The notes: generated by a model not told the origin, from the sequence alone. A DNA stretch of 64,000 nt from Pirellulales bacterium (GCA_965249545.1 CBDFMH010000001.1:45-64044); one strand, 5' to 3'. Positions 51,787 through 61,016 are shown, numbered from the stretch's first letter. Numbers and translations are program-made.

Positions 51787-53100
51787 CTATCTACTTGCCT
51801 GGACCAAATCTTCTAATGTAACCCAGTAATTTGGAAAAGTTTTTTTAACACATGCGGGGTTGGTAATGCATACTCCCTTCGAGCGAAGGCCAACAAGTGA
51901 CAGGCTCATGGCCATACGGTGATCATCATAAGTTTGTATCCTGGCCGGACGAAGGGGGGCCGGATGTATTGTCAGGCCATCAGGCTGTTCATCAACAGTG
52001 GCCCCAAGGCGCTGTAGTTCGCGTGTGAGGTCGCTAATACGATCAGTCTCTTTGTCTCGTATGTGAGCAACATTTCGAATAACGGTTGGTCCTTCGGCAA
52101 AAAGAGCGACGGCAGCGAGTGTCATGACAGTATCGCTGATTGCATTCATGTCGATATCAATGCCTTTCAAATCATTGCCTTGAATTGTAATGGATGGACA
52201 TGATGAACTACTGCTTGACCACGTGACAGTGCAGCCCATTTGTTCGAGTGCAGTGCAAAATTCGATATCACCTTGCATGCTATCTCGACCAAGTCCCTCG
52301 AGAGTGACTGCCCCACGCGTAAGTGCAGCAGCGGCGGCAAAATAGCTGGCTGCAGATGCGTCGGGTTCAATTTCATAATTTTGTGACACGTAACCAGTAG
52401 GTGGAATATCCCACTGCCGCTCATTACGAAGATCACATTTTCCTCCAAAGGACTCAATGATTGTGCGAGTCATCTCAAGATACGGAGTGGAGACAAGTGT
52501 TCCCGTAAGCTCGAGGGAGAGGCCTTCTGGCATGCATGGTGCAACTAGCGCGAGGCCACTCGCGAATTGGCTGCTCGTTGTGCTCTGGATGCGTGCTTCA
52601 GCATTTGTCACTCCATCGCTACGAATCGTAACAGGAGGGCACTCTGCCGTACTTCCTGCCTCTGCCTCGACACCAAGCGTTCGGAGGGCATTCAAAAGAT
52701 CACCGATTGGCCGCTGTCGCATACGAGCGGTTCCATCGAGAACATATTGCCCATGTCCAATGCTTACCAAAGCGGTAAGAAATCGCATTGTTGTTCCGCT
52801 TGCTTGACAATCGATGGAAGCCTGAGAATTCGGAATCAAGCCTCCTGATCCATGAATGGATAATGTCTGTTTGTTCCAATCTGCGTCGACATTGAAGCCA
52901 AGGCTTTTCAGGCCATCAATCATGATTCGGGTATCATCACTGTCGAGCGCACCGGTTATCTGACTTATTCCATGAGCTAAGGCAGCACAGATTACGGCTC
53001 GATTCGTGATACTCTTTGATCCAGGCGCGCGGACACGGCCTTGGATTGGTCTTTCCACGGGTATTATGGTGATTTCGTCAGGGAGTGAGTTGAGTGACAT
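51787..53100 (-). CDS. aroA: 3-phosphoshikimate 1-carboxyvinyltransferase (EPSP synthase)
   Basis: PGSKSITNRA, SGTTMRFL, SSQFASG, IEPDASAASYF, KETDRI, TYDDHRMAM, CVKKTFP. Start is 53100 or 53118. Confidence 0.95.
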   Translation of the reverse strand: MSLNSLPDEITIIPVERPIQGRVRAPGSKSITNRAVICAALAHGISQITGALDSDDTRIMIDGLKSLGFNVDADWNKQTLSIHGSGGLIPNSQASIDCQASGTTMRFLTALVSIGHGQYVLDGTARMRQRPIGDLLNALRTLGVEAEAGSTAECPPVTIRSDGVTNAEARIQSTTSSQFASGLALVAPCMPEGLSLELTGTLVSTPYLEMTRTIIESFGGKCDLRNERQWDIPPTGYVSQNYEIEPDASAASYFAAAAALTRGAVTLEGLGRDSMQGDIEFCTALEQMGCTVTWSSSSSSCPSITIQGNDLKGIDIDMNAISDTVMTLAAVALFAEGPTVIRNVAHIRDKETDRISDLTRELQRLGATVDEQPDGLTIHPAPLRPARIQTYDDHRMAMSLSLVGLRSKGVCITNPACVKKTFPNYWVTLEDLVQASR

Positions 53101-53221
53101 CAGGCTTTTAAAGAGCATCGCTGGGTAAGGATTTCAAGACTGCCGGGAGAAACATTTCTCAGTTAGAGTATGCCATGTCGGACGGTCAAGCACTATCAAT
53201 TCTTAAACAACGCTACTATTC

Positions 53222-54454
53222 ATGAAGGATTTTGTGATGGAATCACTGCGTCCGAGTTCTGAGAGTGGTCGTGGTTCATATGATCTCACTGTTCCGCCAG
53301 TTGTACGTTTTGGTCATGGCCGGATCGCGGAGGTAGGCCACGTCGCAACCGCTCTAGGTAAGCGGATCTGGCTTGTTGTTGGAAAGCGTAGTTTTTCTAC
53401 ATGTGGTGGCAGAGAGAGTTTGTTAGATGGGTTTCGGCAAAACGGATTGAGTTTTGATGAAATAGCTCATTCATGTGGTGAGCCAACAGTGCAGCAGGTT
53501 GCGAATGCAATATGCAATATGCCAGTTGACCAAAAGAATGTAGTTGTGGTCGCGGTCGGTGGTGGCGCGACTATTGATTTTGGTAAAGCATTATCAGTTC
53601 TAGCGACAAACATAAAACCAGACTCGGAAGAAATAGCCGAGGAGATGATTGTCGATCGGTTAGAGGGCGTAGGTCGCGGTGTTCCAATTGTCAATCCTCC
53701 ACTGCCTTTTTTAGCGGTACCGACAACGGCAGGCACTGGTGCAGAGGCAACGCGCAACGCGGTTCTTTCTTGTCCAAAGCGGAGGTTTAAAAAAAGTCTA
53801 CGGAGCCCACTGATGGTTCCGCGAGCGGTGATTCTTGATCCAAAACTGATTGGATCGTGTAGTCGTGACGTTATCGCTGCGTCAGGAATTGATTGCCTTA
53901 CGCAGTTGATCGAATCATTCATTTGCCGTTTTCGTTGGGCTGTTCCAAGAGCATTGGTGCTCGATGCCTTTCCACAGGCAATGAGTGCTTTGCCTCGTCT
54001 CCTTGAAAATCCATTTGATGACACCGCACAATCTGCAATGTCACACGCAGCTTTTATTTCTGGGGTTTCGCTCGGAAATTCTGGCTTAGGTCTGGCTCAT
54101 GGTGTAGCAGCCGCGCTCGGAGTCGAGTGTGGTGCTCCCCATGGCTTGGCATGTGCGGCATTGTTGCCAGTCGCGCTTCGTGTCAATCAAAAGAGTGCAG
54201 AGTGTGACCTTGCGAGGCTTGATCAAGAGCTGGATGGCAAGATGCTGCCTGCCCAAGAGAGCGCTCGACGATTCATTGAACGTATTAAGGATTTGTGCCG
54301 AATAGCGGGGACGCCAACTCGCCTCTCAGAATTTGGCCTAAAAAGGGAACGGATTTCCTGGCTTGCCGAACATTCAGGCGGCAACAGCATGAAAGGGAAT
54401 CCAGTACAGCTTTCACCAAGCGAGTTACAGGATGTGCTCGAATCAGTTTTTTGA
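53222..54454 (+). CDS. Iron-containing alcohol dehydrogenase family protein
   Basis: GGGATIDFGK, PTTAGTGAEAT, DPKL, GLGLAHG, APHG. Confidence 0.88.
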   Translation: MKDFVMESLRPSSESGRGSYDLTVPPVVRFGHGRIAEVGHVATALGKRIWLVVGKRSFSTCGGRESLLDGFRQNGLSFDEIAHSCGEPTVQQVANAICNMPVDQKNVVVVAVGGGATIDFGKALSVLATNIKPDSEEIAEEMIVDRLEGVGRGVPIVNPPLPFLAVPTTAGTGAEATRNAVLSCPKRRFKKSLRSPLMVPRAVILDPKLIGSCSRDVIAASGIDCLTQLIESFICRFRWAVPRALVLDAFPQAMSALPRLLENPFDDTAQSAMSHAAFISGVSLGNSGLGLAHGVAAALGVECGAPHGLACAALLPVALRVNQKSAECDLARLDQELDGKMLPAQESARRFIERIKDLCRIAGTPTRLSEFGLKRERISWLAEHSGGNSMKGNPVQLSPSELQDVLESVF

Positions 54455-54481
54455 ATACGCTTGATGTCATTCAGTATTTGC

Positions 54482-54838
54482 TCAAGACAGAAAGACAATT
54501 GATCCTAGTACACACGCAATAAGTGACAGTGCCAGAAGAATAAGTAAAAGAAGTTTTGAATCAGATTGTTTTTTAGTGGGTTTAATTGTTTTTATGACGA
54601 TGTTCGGTTGGGCTGGCAGTGTTTGATTGTCTGTCTCAATTGAAAAGATTGCACCGACTGCCTGCTCTTGAAGTGATCGCGGGAGAGGTGGCATGGCAAA
54701 ATTTTCTGACGCACTCTTTGGCACAGGTGGGATGGCCTGATCTGCAGTAGGGGGGCGTGAATCTTGCATGCTCTTGGTTGATGAAGGTGCTTGGTAGTTG
54801 TTAGGAAAGAATTTAGTGCAAAAGAATTCAGAGTCCAC
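54482..54838 (-). CDS. Hypothetical Pro-rich protein with C-terminal membrane anchor
   Basis: Disordered N-terminal part and a single C-terminal hydrophobic helix; 18 bp after the methyltransferase stop. Start uncertain. Confidence 0.45.
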   Translation of the reverse strand: MDSEFFCTKFFPNNYQAPSSTKSMQDSRPPTADQAIPPVPKSASENFAMPPLPRSLQEQAVGAIFSIETDNQTLPAQPNIVIKTIKPTKKQSDSKLLLLILLALSLIACVLGSIVFLS

Positions 54839-54856
54839 GTTGCTTTTTCGATGGAA

Positions 54857-55630
54857 CTATTCGACGCGGCGCCAGGCTGTGAGTTCAGCTATCGTGTGTT
54901 GGTGTTTGCGGCCAGTTTCACGAATGACGAATGGAATGTTCTCACGGGACCCAAGTGTGAAGTGTGGATGCAATGCTCTTGATAATCCAGTGAATGTATC
55001 AATAGGGATTCCGGAATTATCGACGTAGCCGCCTAACCAATAACTCGGAGGGGTGTAATCTTCCAGCCAAGTGTAGGGTGAAGTAATGACTAGCCATCCA
55101 CCAACACGAATGCGTTGCGTTATTGAATTGAGAAAGAGCTGGGGCTGATAGAGACGATCAATTAGGTTTCCCGCGAAAACAAGATCGTAGTTATGCATTT
55201 CATCAGCCAGATTGCATGCATCGCCGGTTTGGAATGTGACTCGGTTGGCAATGTCACTATCCAGCAGACTCTCAAGCGATATTTGACAATCATTCGACAA
55301 TCGGCCCTCAGTTGGGATGCCGTACTGAATAATGCCGCTTTGCTGCAATCTCTTTGCTGCTTCGATGAAACCAGACGAGTAATCAAGGGCGTCAACATGC
55401 TGAAAATGCTTTGCCAGTTCAAATGAAGACCTCCCCACTGCACAGCCAATATCAAGGCAGCGATTACGGTGTTCAAGTTTCACAGAATTCATTAAAAAAT
55501 CGATGCATGCAGCAGGGAAATTTGGGATTCCAAGTACGGGTGGGCCGTAATGAAAACCTAAGTACTGGGACACAAGTCCGGAGGTTTCGTAAAGTGCAGA
55601 GCCAGGTGTTTCTGGAGCAGTTTCTTTCAT
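54857..55630 (-). CDS. Stand-alone SAM-dependent methyltransferase of the OvoA C-terminal (5-thiohistidine N-methyltransferase) type
   Basis: YET..LVSQY..FHYG, NFP, LDIGCAVGRSSFELA, GDACNL, NLIDRL..P, SPYTWLE.YTP...WLGG and PFVIRET.RK.Q match OvoA methyltransferase-domain motifs as recalled. Confidence 0.8.
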   Translation of the reverse strand: MKETAPETPGSALYETSGLVSQYLGFHYGPPVLGIPNFPAACIDFLMNSVKLEHRNRCLDIGCAVGRSSFELAKHFQHVDALDYSSGFIEAAKRLQQSGIIQYGIPTEGRLSNDCQISLESLLDSDIANRVTFQTGDACNLADEMHNYDLVFAGNLIDRLYQPQLFLNSITQRIRVGGWLVITSPYTWLEDYTPPSYWLGGYVDNSGIPIDTFTGLSRALHPHFTLGSRENIPFVIRETGRKHQHTIAELTAWRRVE

Positions 55631-55654
55631 TTTTTCTTTTCAGTTCGTTGATAT

Positions 55655-56689
55655 TTAGTTCTTGGAAATACGTGGGGTTGCGATAAGGCCATCAATGAGA
55701 CTTTGGGGTAAAGGTGACGTCGCCGCCAGTAGCGAGCCAACAACACTACCACGATGACACGAGTCACCACCACATTGTGCATTTGAACAGATTCCATTTG
55801 CGGGCTTGCCGGCATGTCTGTATGCAAGAAAAAGTGCGGCAGGAAATGCATCAGGAATGTAGCAAGCTGATGAGAGCATCCCGCCGACAACCACTCGATC
55901 TGGATAATCTTCCCAACGGGCGATCTTTGCTTTCGAAACCCATTGAGAAGCCTCGTCAAGAATGACCTCTCGTAAGTCTGCTCCAAGGCTTACGCTGGCT
56001 AGAATTCGAACAAGAACATCTGCTGCAGTAAGAACGTCGTTGTCTTTGTGGGTAAGAGAGACATGATTCTGCACTATTTCACGAATGTCAGGATGTCGCG
56101 GACCAATCGCGGCGATCAGTGCTGGTACGGCGACAAGGCCACCAATGTGAATGTCACGGACTCCACAATTGATCGCCTTTCGACCAGAGGCATAATTTGT
56201 GAAAAAGTGTCTGTGGTACTCTTCAACATAGGTGTCATTGTGTTTCTGAGGAGTAAGCATGAAATTGACATAATGATCGAGCCAGCGAGTGGAATCGTAA
56301 TGCCCCGAACGTTGAATCAGCTCAAAAAGTTCAATCGCCAGAAGGGAGTTGACGGTGTTTTCACCGGCTGTCAGAAATTGGTGGTAGTGAACGCCACGTT
56401 TTCCCCAGTACTGCGACTGCTCGCGTAGGATATCACCATTTGCATTGAGTGGCTTATATTCGGATCGCCAGAGAATGCTGTCCGGATGCGTTTTTTTCGG
56501 AGATTGATAGGAGTCAAGTATCCCAAAGTCTCTCTCAATTGCAGATTGGTTGTAGTACCAATGAACGGGCATCGCGATACTGTCGGCTACCAAGGCACCA
56601 AGTAAAATCTGCTTGCCAAAAGAAACGGTTGGAAGGGATTCAATGTCCACAAGGTGTTTTTTTTCTTCATTCGATTGCTGAGTGTTCAT
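55655..56689 (-). CDS. ADP-ribosylglycohydrolase-fold protein, crystallin J1/selenoprotein J-like
   Basis: GALVADSIAMPVHWYY, AGENT, LTH, ACYIPDAFPAAL, GGDSCHRGSVVGSLL; ATGA overlap with the upstream ATPase. Confidence 0.8.
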   Translation of the reverse strand: MNTQQSNEEKKHLVDIESLPTVSFGKQILLGALVADSIAMPVHWYYNQSAIERDFGILDSYQSPKKTHPDSILWRSEYKPLNANGDILREQSQYWGKRGVHYHQFLTAGENTVNSLLAIELFELIQRSGHYDSTRWLDHYVNFMLTPQKHNDTYVEEYHRHFFTNYASGRKAINCGVRDIHIGGLVAVPALIAAIGPRHPDIREIVQNHVSLTHKDNDVLTAADVLVRILASVSLGADLREVILDEASQWVSKAKIARWEDYPDRVVVGGMLSSACYIPDAFPAALFLAYRHAGKPANGICSNAQCGGDSCHRGSVVGSLLAATSPLPQSLIDGLIATPRISKN

Positions 56690-57414
56690 CGTAATACTTG
56701 CTCGAAAAAAGATGCGACTCGAGAGTTTTCGGAGTTTTTGAATACGGTTTCAGCAGGGCCGTGTGACAAGACTGTACCGTCGCCTATAAAGGCAATTTCG
56801 TCAGCCACTCGACGAGCAAAGTTCATCGCGTGAGTTACAAGGATGAAATCAGTTCCAGACTCCTTAAGACCCTCGATCATATCAAGTACTTCAGCAGTCA
56901 TCTCAGGGTCGAGGGCGGAAGTCGGCTCGTCAAGGAAGAGCCGCTTTGGTCTAACAACCATCGCACGAAGTATTGCTATCCTTTGGTTTTGGCCACCAGA
57001 AAGCTCTGCTGGCCGTTTGTCAGCATGCTCATGAAGCTGGAATCGTCTCAAGGGCTCTTCTACTCTCGCTATGGCTTCATCACGACTTAATCCGTGGACG
57101 GACACGAGAGGGAGAATTAAATTCTCACGAGCAGATAGGTGAGGGAAGAGGTTGTAGGATTGGAAAACTGTACCAACAGTGCGCCGATAGAGGCGAAGAC
57201 TGGCTTCGTCTCGTTGCAGGATAGTTTCATCGAATGCCACTGTCCCGCTGGTTGGTATGTCGAGGCCTGCGAGGATTCGAAGGAGCGTAGATTTACCACC
57301 ACCCGACGGGCCGACAAGGACAAGTGAGTTCACCATCTCGGTCTCGATTGATAGTTTGTCGAGAACTCGCGTGGTACCAAACGTCTGAGTGAGATCTTTT
57401 ACAATGAGCCGCAT
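56686..57414 (-). CDS. Polar amino acid ABC transporter ATP-binding protein (GlnQ-like)
   Basis: GPSGGGKST, VFQSYNLFPHL, LSGGQNQR, DEPTSALDPE, VTHAMNFAR. Confidence 0.92.
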   Translation of the reverse strand: MRLIVKDLTQTFGTTRVLDKLSIETEMVNSLVLVGPSGGGKSTLLRILAGLDIPTSGTVAFDETILQRDEASLRLYRRTVGTVFQSYNLFPHLSARENLILPLVSVHGLSRDEAIARVEEPLRRFQLHEHADKRPAELSGGQNQRIAILRAMVVRPKRLFLDEPTSALDPEMTAEVLDMIEGLKESGTDFILVTHAMNFARRVADEIAFIGDGTVLSHGPAETVFKNSENSRVASFFEQVLR

Positions 57415-57434
57415 GGTGTTGCTTGGGGTGCTGG

Positions 57435-58169
57435 TTATCGTTCGTAACTAAATGATGCTTCGAGCCACCTGGAAGTAGCCGATAGTGGTAAGGTGAGCAT
57501 TAGATAGCCAATCGCAAGAGGTACGTAACTCTCAAGTGTTGAGTACGTAAAAGAGTTCACTTCACGAGCATTAAGTGTGAACTCGGAGATAGCAATAACA
57601 GAGAGGAGTGAAGAATCTTTGATAAGAGACACGAGTTGACCTGCTATAGCTGGGAGGACAAGGCGTACGGCCTGAGGTAAAATAACAAGTCGAAAGGACT
57701 GCCACTGTGTCAGCCCAATCGCACGAGCTGAGTCCCGCTGTGTCTTAGGTATGGCATTGAGTCCACCTCGGAAAATCTCAGCCATGTACGCCCCGCTAAA
57801 AGCAGCAAGCACCAAGGTGCCTACCACGAAACGATTTTCGAGACCAACGGCATTCGCTATGACATAAAAACCGAGAAGTAACTGAACGAGAAGTGGTGTT
57901 CCGCGAATGATTTCAACATAGATTCTTCCAGTTGCCTCGATAAGAGGATTTCGAGCACCAAGGAATAGCGCGACGATAAGCCCAATGGCAACGCTGAGTA
58001 CTAAGGCTGCAAGACTCAGCCCGAGAGTCACAAGCCAACCGGAAATAAATTTCTGTCGATATTCCCAGACGCCAGACCAGTTCCAATCACCAGGCACCTG
58101 AAAACAGGCAAGAACGAGCAGGCTGGTGACAGCCGCTGCAACAATGAGGTGAGCGAAAGATCGAGACAT
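57435..58169 (-). CDS. Polar amino acid ABC transporter permease (HisM/GlnP-like)
   Basis: YVEIIRGTPLLVQ, AYMAEIFRGG..AIP, ILPQA, LIKDSSL. Confidence 0.93.
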   Translation of the reverse strand: MSRSFAHLIVAAAVTSLLVLACFQVPGDWNWSGVWEYRQKFISGWLVTLGLSLAALVLSVAIGLIVALFLGARNPLIEATGRIYVEIIRGTPLLVQLLLGFYVIANAVGLENRFVVGTLVLAAFSGAYMAEIFRGGLNAIPKTQRDSARAIGLTQWQSFRLVILPQAVRLVLPAIAGQLVSLIKDSSLLSVIAISEFTLNAREVNSFTYSTLESYVPLAIGYLMLTLPLSATSRWLEASFSYER

Positions 58170-58346
58170 GTCTATAGCATAGAGCCTTCGGCTGGAAATT
58201 TAGAGTCGTAATTATGTGGTGGGCCTCTCTGCCGTCCCTGTGATGAAATAAAAGGCAGCAAGGAGTCCCTTTTTTCGAACTATTGGAATCCTTGTATTTA
58301 CTTTTGTTACCCAATAGCGGACACAGAACCGACCACGAGCTTGCAC

Positions 58347-59159
58347 TCAGAAATAAAAAGGAATGTTATTGGCTTTAAAATAAGCTTTTTCCTCAGGCAA
58401 AAACTGTTCTCCAAGTCTCTCGAAGCCACCTGTATCTTTAAATTCTTGTAGGAATTTGTTGATTGCCTGAAGGAGTGTGATGTCCTGTTTTCGTAGCCCA
58501 ATGGCCCAGGTTTCCTGCCGGAATGGACTAAGAATGGCTCGTGTTGTCTTTGGATGGCGGCGGTGATGTCGGTAAACGGAGAGTGAATCGTAAATGAAAG
58601 CATCTACTTTCCCTTGCATGACTTCAAGTACAGCGGCCGACTCCATATCTAAGACAAATACGTCTGCTTTTTCGAGTTGTTGGGCCGCATATTTGTGAGC
58701 AGATGTTCCCAATTTGACAGCAATACGAACACCTGGTTTTGTGATGTCGTCAGGTGAAACGATCGGCGAATCTCTTCCAACGAGAAGAGTGAGTCCAGTT
58801 TTCAAGTATGGGTTCGAGAAGGCGATTGCCTTGGCCCGCTCTGGAGTGGATGTCATGGATGAAATAATGCAATCAATCGTACCAGTTCGAAGTGCTGGAA
58901 TCAGGCCGTCGAACGCGATGTTTTCAATGAGAATCGGCCGCCCGAGTGATTCGCCAAGTGATTTGGCTAGTTCTACGCTTATGCCTTCAGGCTGGCCTGC
59001 GGTATCTGTCATTTCAAATGGTGGATACGAAAGCTCCATGCCAACCCGAAGGATAGGAGGGGCCGCTTTTGCTGTGGTCAGTAAAAGTTTTTCGGGCAAT
59101 GCGATGAATGTGAGAAGGATTCCAATCGCGTAATATATAGATAGTCCTTGGATTCGCAT
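58347..59159 (-). CDS. Polar amino acid ABC transporter substrate-binding protein (family 3)
   Basis: LRVGMELSYPPFE, FDGLIPAL.TG.ID.IISSM..T.ER, FS.PY. Start placed at ATG 59159 to give a signal peptide. Confidence 0.9.
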   Translation of the reverse strand: MRIQGLSIYYAIGILLTFIALPEKLLLTTAKAAPPILRVGMELSYPPFEMTDTAGQPEGISVELAKSLGESLGRPILIENIAFDGLIPALRTGTIDCIISSMTSTPERAKAIAFSNPYLKTGLTLLVGRDSPIVSPDDITKPGVRIAVKLGTSAHKYAAQQLEKADVFVLDMESAAVLEVMQGKVDAFIYDSLSVYRHHRRHPKTTRAILSPFRQETWAIGLRKQDITLLQAINKFLQEFKDTGGFERLGEQFLPEEKAYFKANNIPFYF

Positions 59160-59351
59160 GTGGTTGTCCAGGAGGCATTGTTCAATATTTTTTTCAGTAT
59201 ATGAAACCAGAGAGCACTGTAGGAATACACAGGGCGGTTCGGGTGATGATAGCATTTTTAATGCTGTGAATGCTCGATGTTTCAGTCAACTGTACGTTCA
59301 ATGTACGCTTTGTTGTCGGCTCCACAGATTGCTGTGATAGGAAGATTTATT

Positions 59352-59837
59352 ATGACGAAAATATATACAGCTTTGTTCTGTTGCACTCTTCTTTCAGTTA
59401 CTTTTGCAGATAGCCTCGACCAGGATTCAACCACGGTGGAGTTCTTTGAGCGTATTTACAAAATGGATATTCAAGGAGTGAAGCCTTACGAGGAGTATCA
59501 AGATCCGGACTCCTTCTATTCTGAGATTGCAAGAAAAGTAGGCATTCCTCAAGTTGCACACGACGCCGTTGGGAAAAGATTTGGGTGGAAACAGGACGAC
59601 AAGAGATTTTTTTATGCGACCATGATTAAGGGTGGTGGGGCGTCACCAGATTGGGGCGTGATGGTAACAAGAGTTCCCGTGGCTCTTCAAAAAGCTCAGT
59701 CGATAGAAGAAAGAAAAGCAATCCTTCAATTAATGGAAATGAAGTTTGTGGTCATTTCATACGACGGTAATATTTCTTTTCCGGAGGTTGAAACATCAGG
59801 TCGTAAAAAGACCAAGCCCATTCATCCAAATCTTTAA
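59352..59837 (+). CDS. Hypothetical exported protein
   Basis: Signal peptide (MTKIYTALFCCTLLSVTFA); no recognised domain. Confidence 0.55.
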   Translation: MTKIYTALFCCTLLSVTFADSLDQDSTTVEFFERIYKMDIQGVKPYEEYQDPDSFYSEIARKVGIPQVAHDAVGKRFGWKQDDKRFFYATMIKGGGASPDWGVMVTRVPVALQKAQSIEERKAILQLMEMKFVVISYDGNISFPEVETSGRKKTKPIHPNL

Positions 59838-59914
59838 GACGAGATATTGTCGCTATGAAGGGTCATCAATAATTAGTGACGCTGTTTCGATTAGGTGCCA
59901 TCTGCATCGCAATC

Positions 59915-60859
59915 TTATCTTCTGGTGGCTTGTGTGAATCCAGCCTCGATTAGATCAGGATAGCCGGGCTGCAAGGCACGTGCGTCATAGCCACGAGATG
60001 ATAGTATACGCGCCGCCTCAAGGCAGCGGCCGCCGGACAGGCAGTGACAGTAGATGATCTTATTACTGGGAAGCCGGTCGTGTAAATTATTCTTGGCAGT
60101 GGTTCGAAGTTCGCTGAGGGGAAGAGACTTCGCAAGAGACAGATGGCCACGTGACCATTCCTTTGGCTCACGAACATCTATGAGAATAGCATTCTGAGTC
60201 ATTATGTCGTGCTTGACCTTGGCAAGCGTGTCCTCCGTGTGGGTTTCGGCAAGGACATGCGTAACTGTTCCAATGATAATCGCCATCAGAAGCCCTATTG
60301 TTTTGCATGTGTTTCCAGAAGACGGTGGCTGATTCCATGGCATTTTTGCAATGACCATCCCCATTCCGCATGTGTCGGTGATGCCGGCAAAAACAAGACC
60401 TGCTCCAATAAAACCGGCAAGACATAAGCCGGCAAGTCGGATCTCGTAGATTCCGCTGAATGCTGCTAAGAGAACACCAGCGAAGACGAGTGATCCTGCT
60501 GAAATTCGGACCTGTCTTTCCAGAGATATTGCTTTTCGACCTCGAACAACAGGAAGGCCCGCAGTTTCACAGGCGACGGTTCCTCCTTCAATATTCACGA
60601 CTTTGTTAAAACCAGCAGTAGACATGGCATCACAGGCTTTTTTACTACGACCACCGGACTGGCAAATGAAGTATAGGAATCCGTCTGTGCCAGGATTCAA
60701 AGCCAGCAATGCTGGGTCAAGGCGATCAAGTGGCATGTTCTCTGCGCTCTGAACATGAAGGGTGCCAAATTCTCCAGGTGTGCGAACGTCAATGATCCTG
60801 ATGGACTTGTTATTTTGAAAACGATTTAGAAGTTCTTGAGGGGAGATGTTCTCAGTCAT
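59915..60859 (-). CDS. Two-rhodanese membrane protein (rhodanese + DUF2892/YgaP-like + rhodanese)
   Basis: IDVRTPGEF...H, CQSGGRS; [13 protein letters not shown]...GITDTCGM...MPWN; second IDVREPKEW..GHL, CLSGGRC. Confidence 0.88.
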   Translation of the reverse strand: MTENISPQELLNRFQNNKSIRIIDVRTPGEFGTLHVQSAENMPLDRLDPALLALNPGTDGFLYFICQSGGRSKKACDAMSTAGFNKVVNIEGGTVACETAGLPVVRGRKAISLERQVRISAGSLVFAGVLLAAFSGIYEIRLAGLCLAGFIGAGLVFAGITDTCGMGMVIAKMPWNQPPSSGNTCKTIGLLMAIIIGTVTHVLAETHTEDTLAKVKHDIMTQNAILIDVREPKEWSRGHLSLAKSLPLSELRTTAKNNLHDRLPSNKIIYCHCLSGGRCLEAARILSSRGYDARALQPGYPDLIEAGFTQATRR

Positions 60860-61016
60860 ATGTTCTTCCTTCAGGTAACCCTTTTAGTTCGTGTAGCACT
60901 GAACTTGCGGCGGCTACGGAAGCCAATTGTATTTCAGGATAGGCTTCTTGTGCCTGTTTCGTACAGTGCTCTATGAAGTCAACGTTATTTAGTCAAAATT
61001 CTAGAGGAATGAGCTG

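Noticed and set aside
53880-53920. His-to-Gln change at a metal ligand of the Fe-ADH (DCLTQ)
   Set aside because: To my knowledge this variant occurs in a whole Fe-ADH subfamily; not evidence of inactivation.
55850-55875. Possible selenocysteine (TGA) in the SelJ-like gene
   Set aside because: The codon is TGC (Cys) and the frame is uninterrupted.
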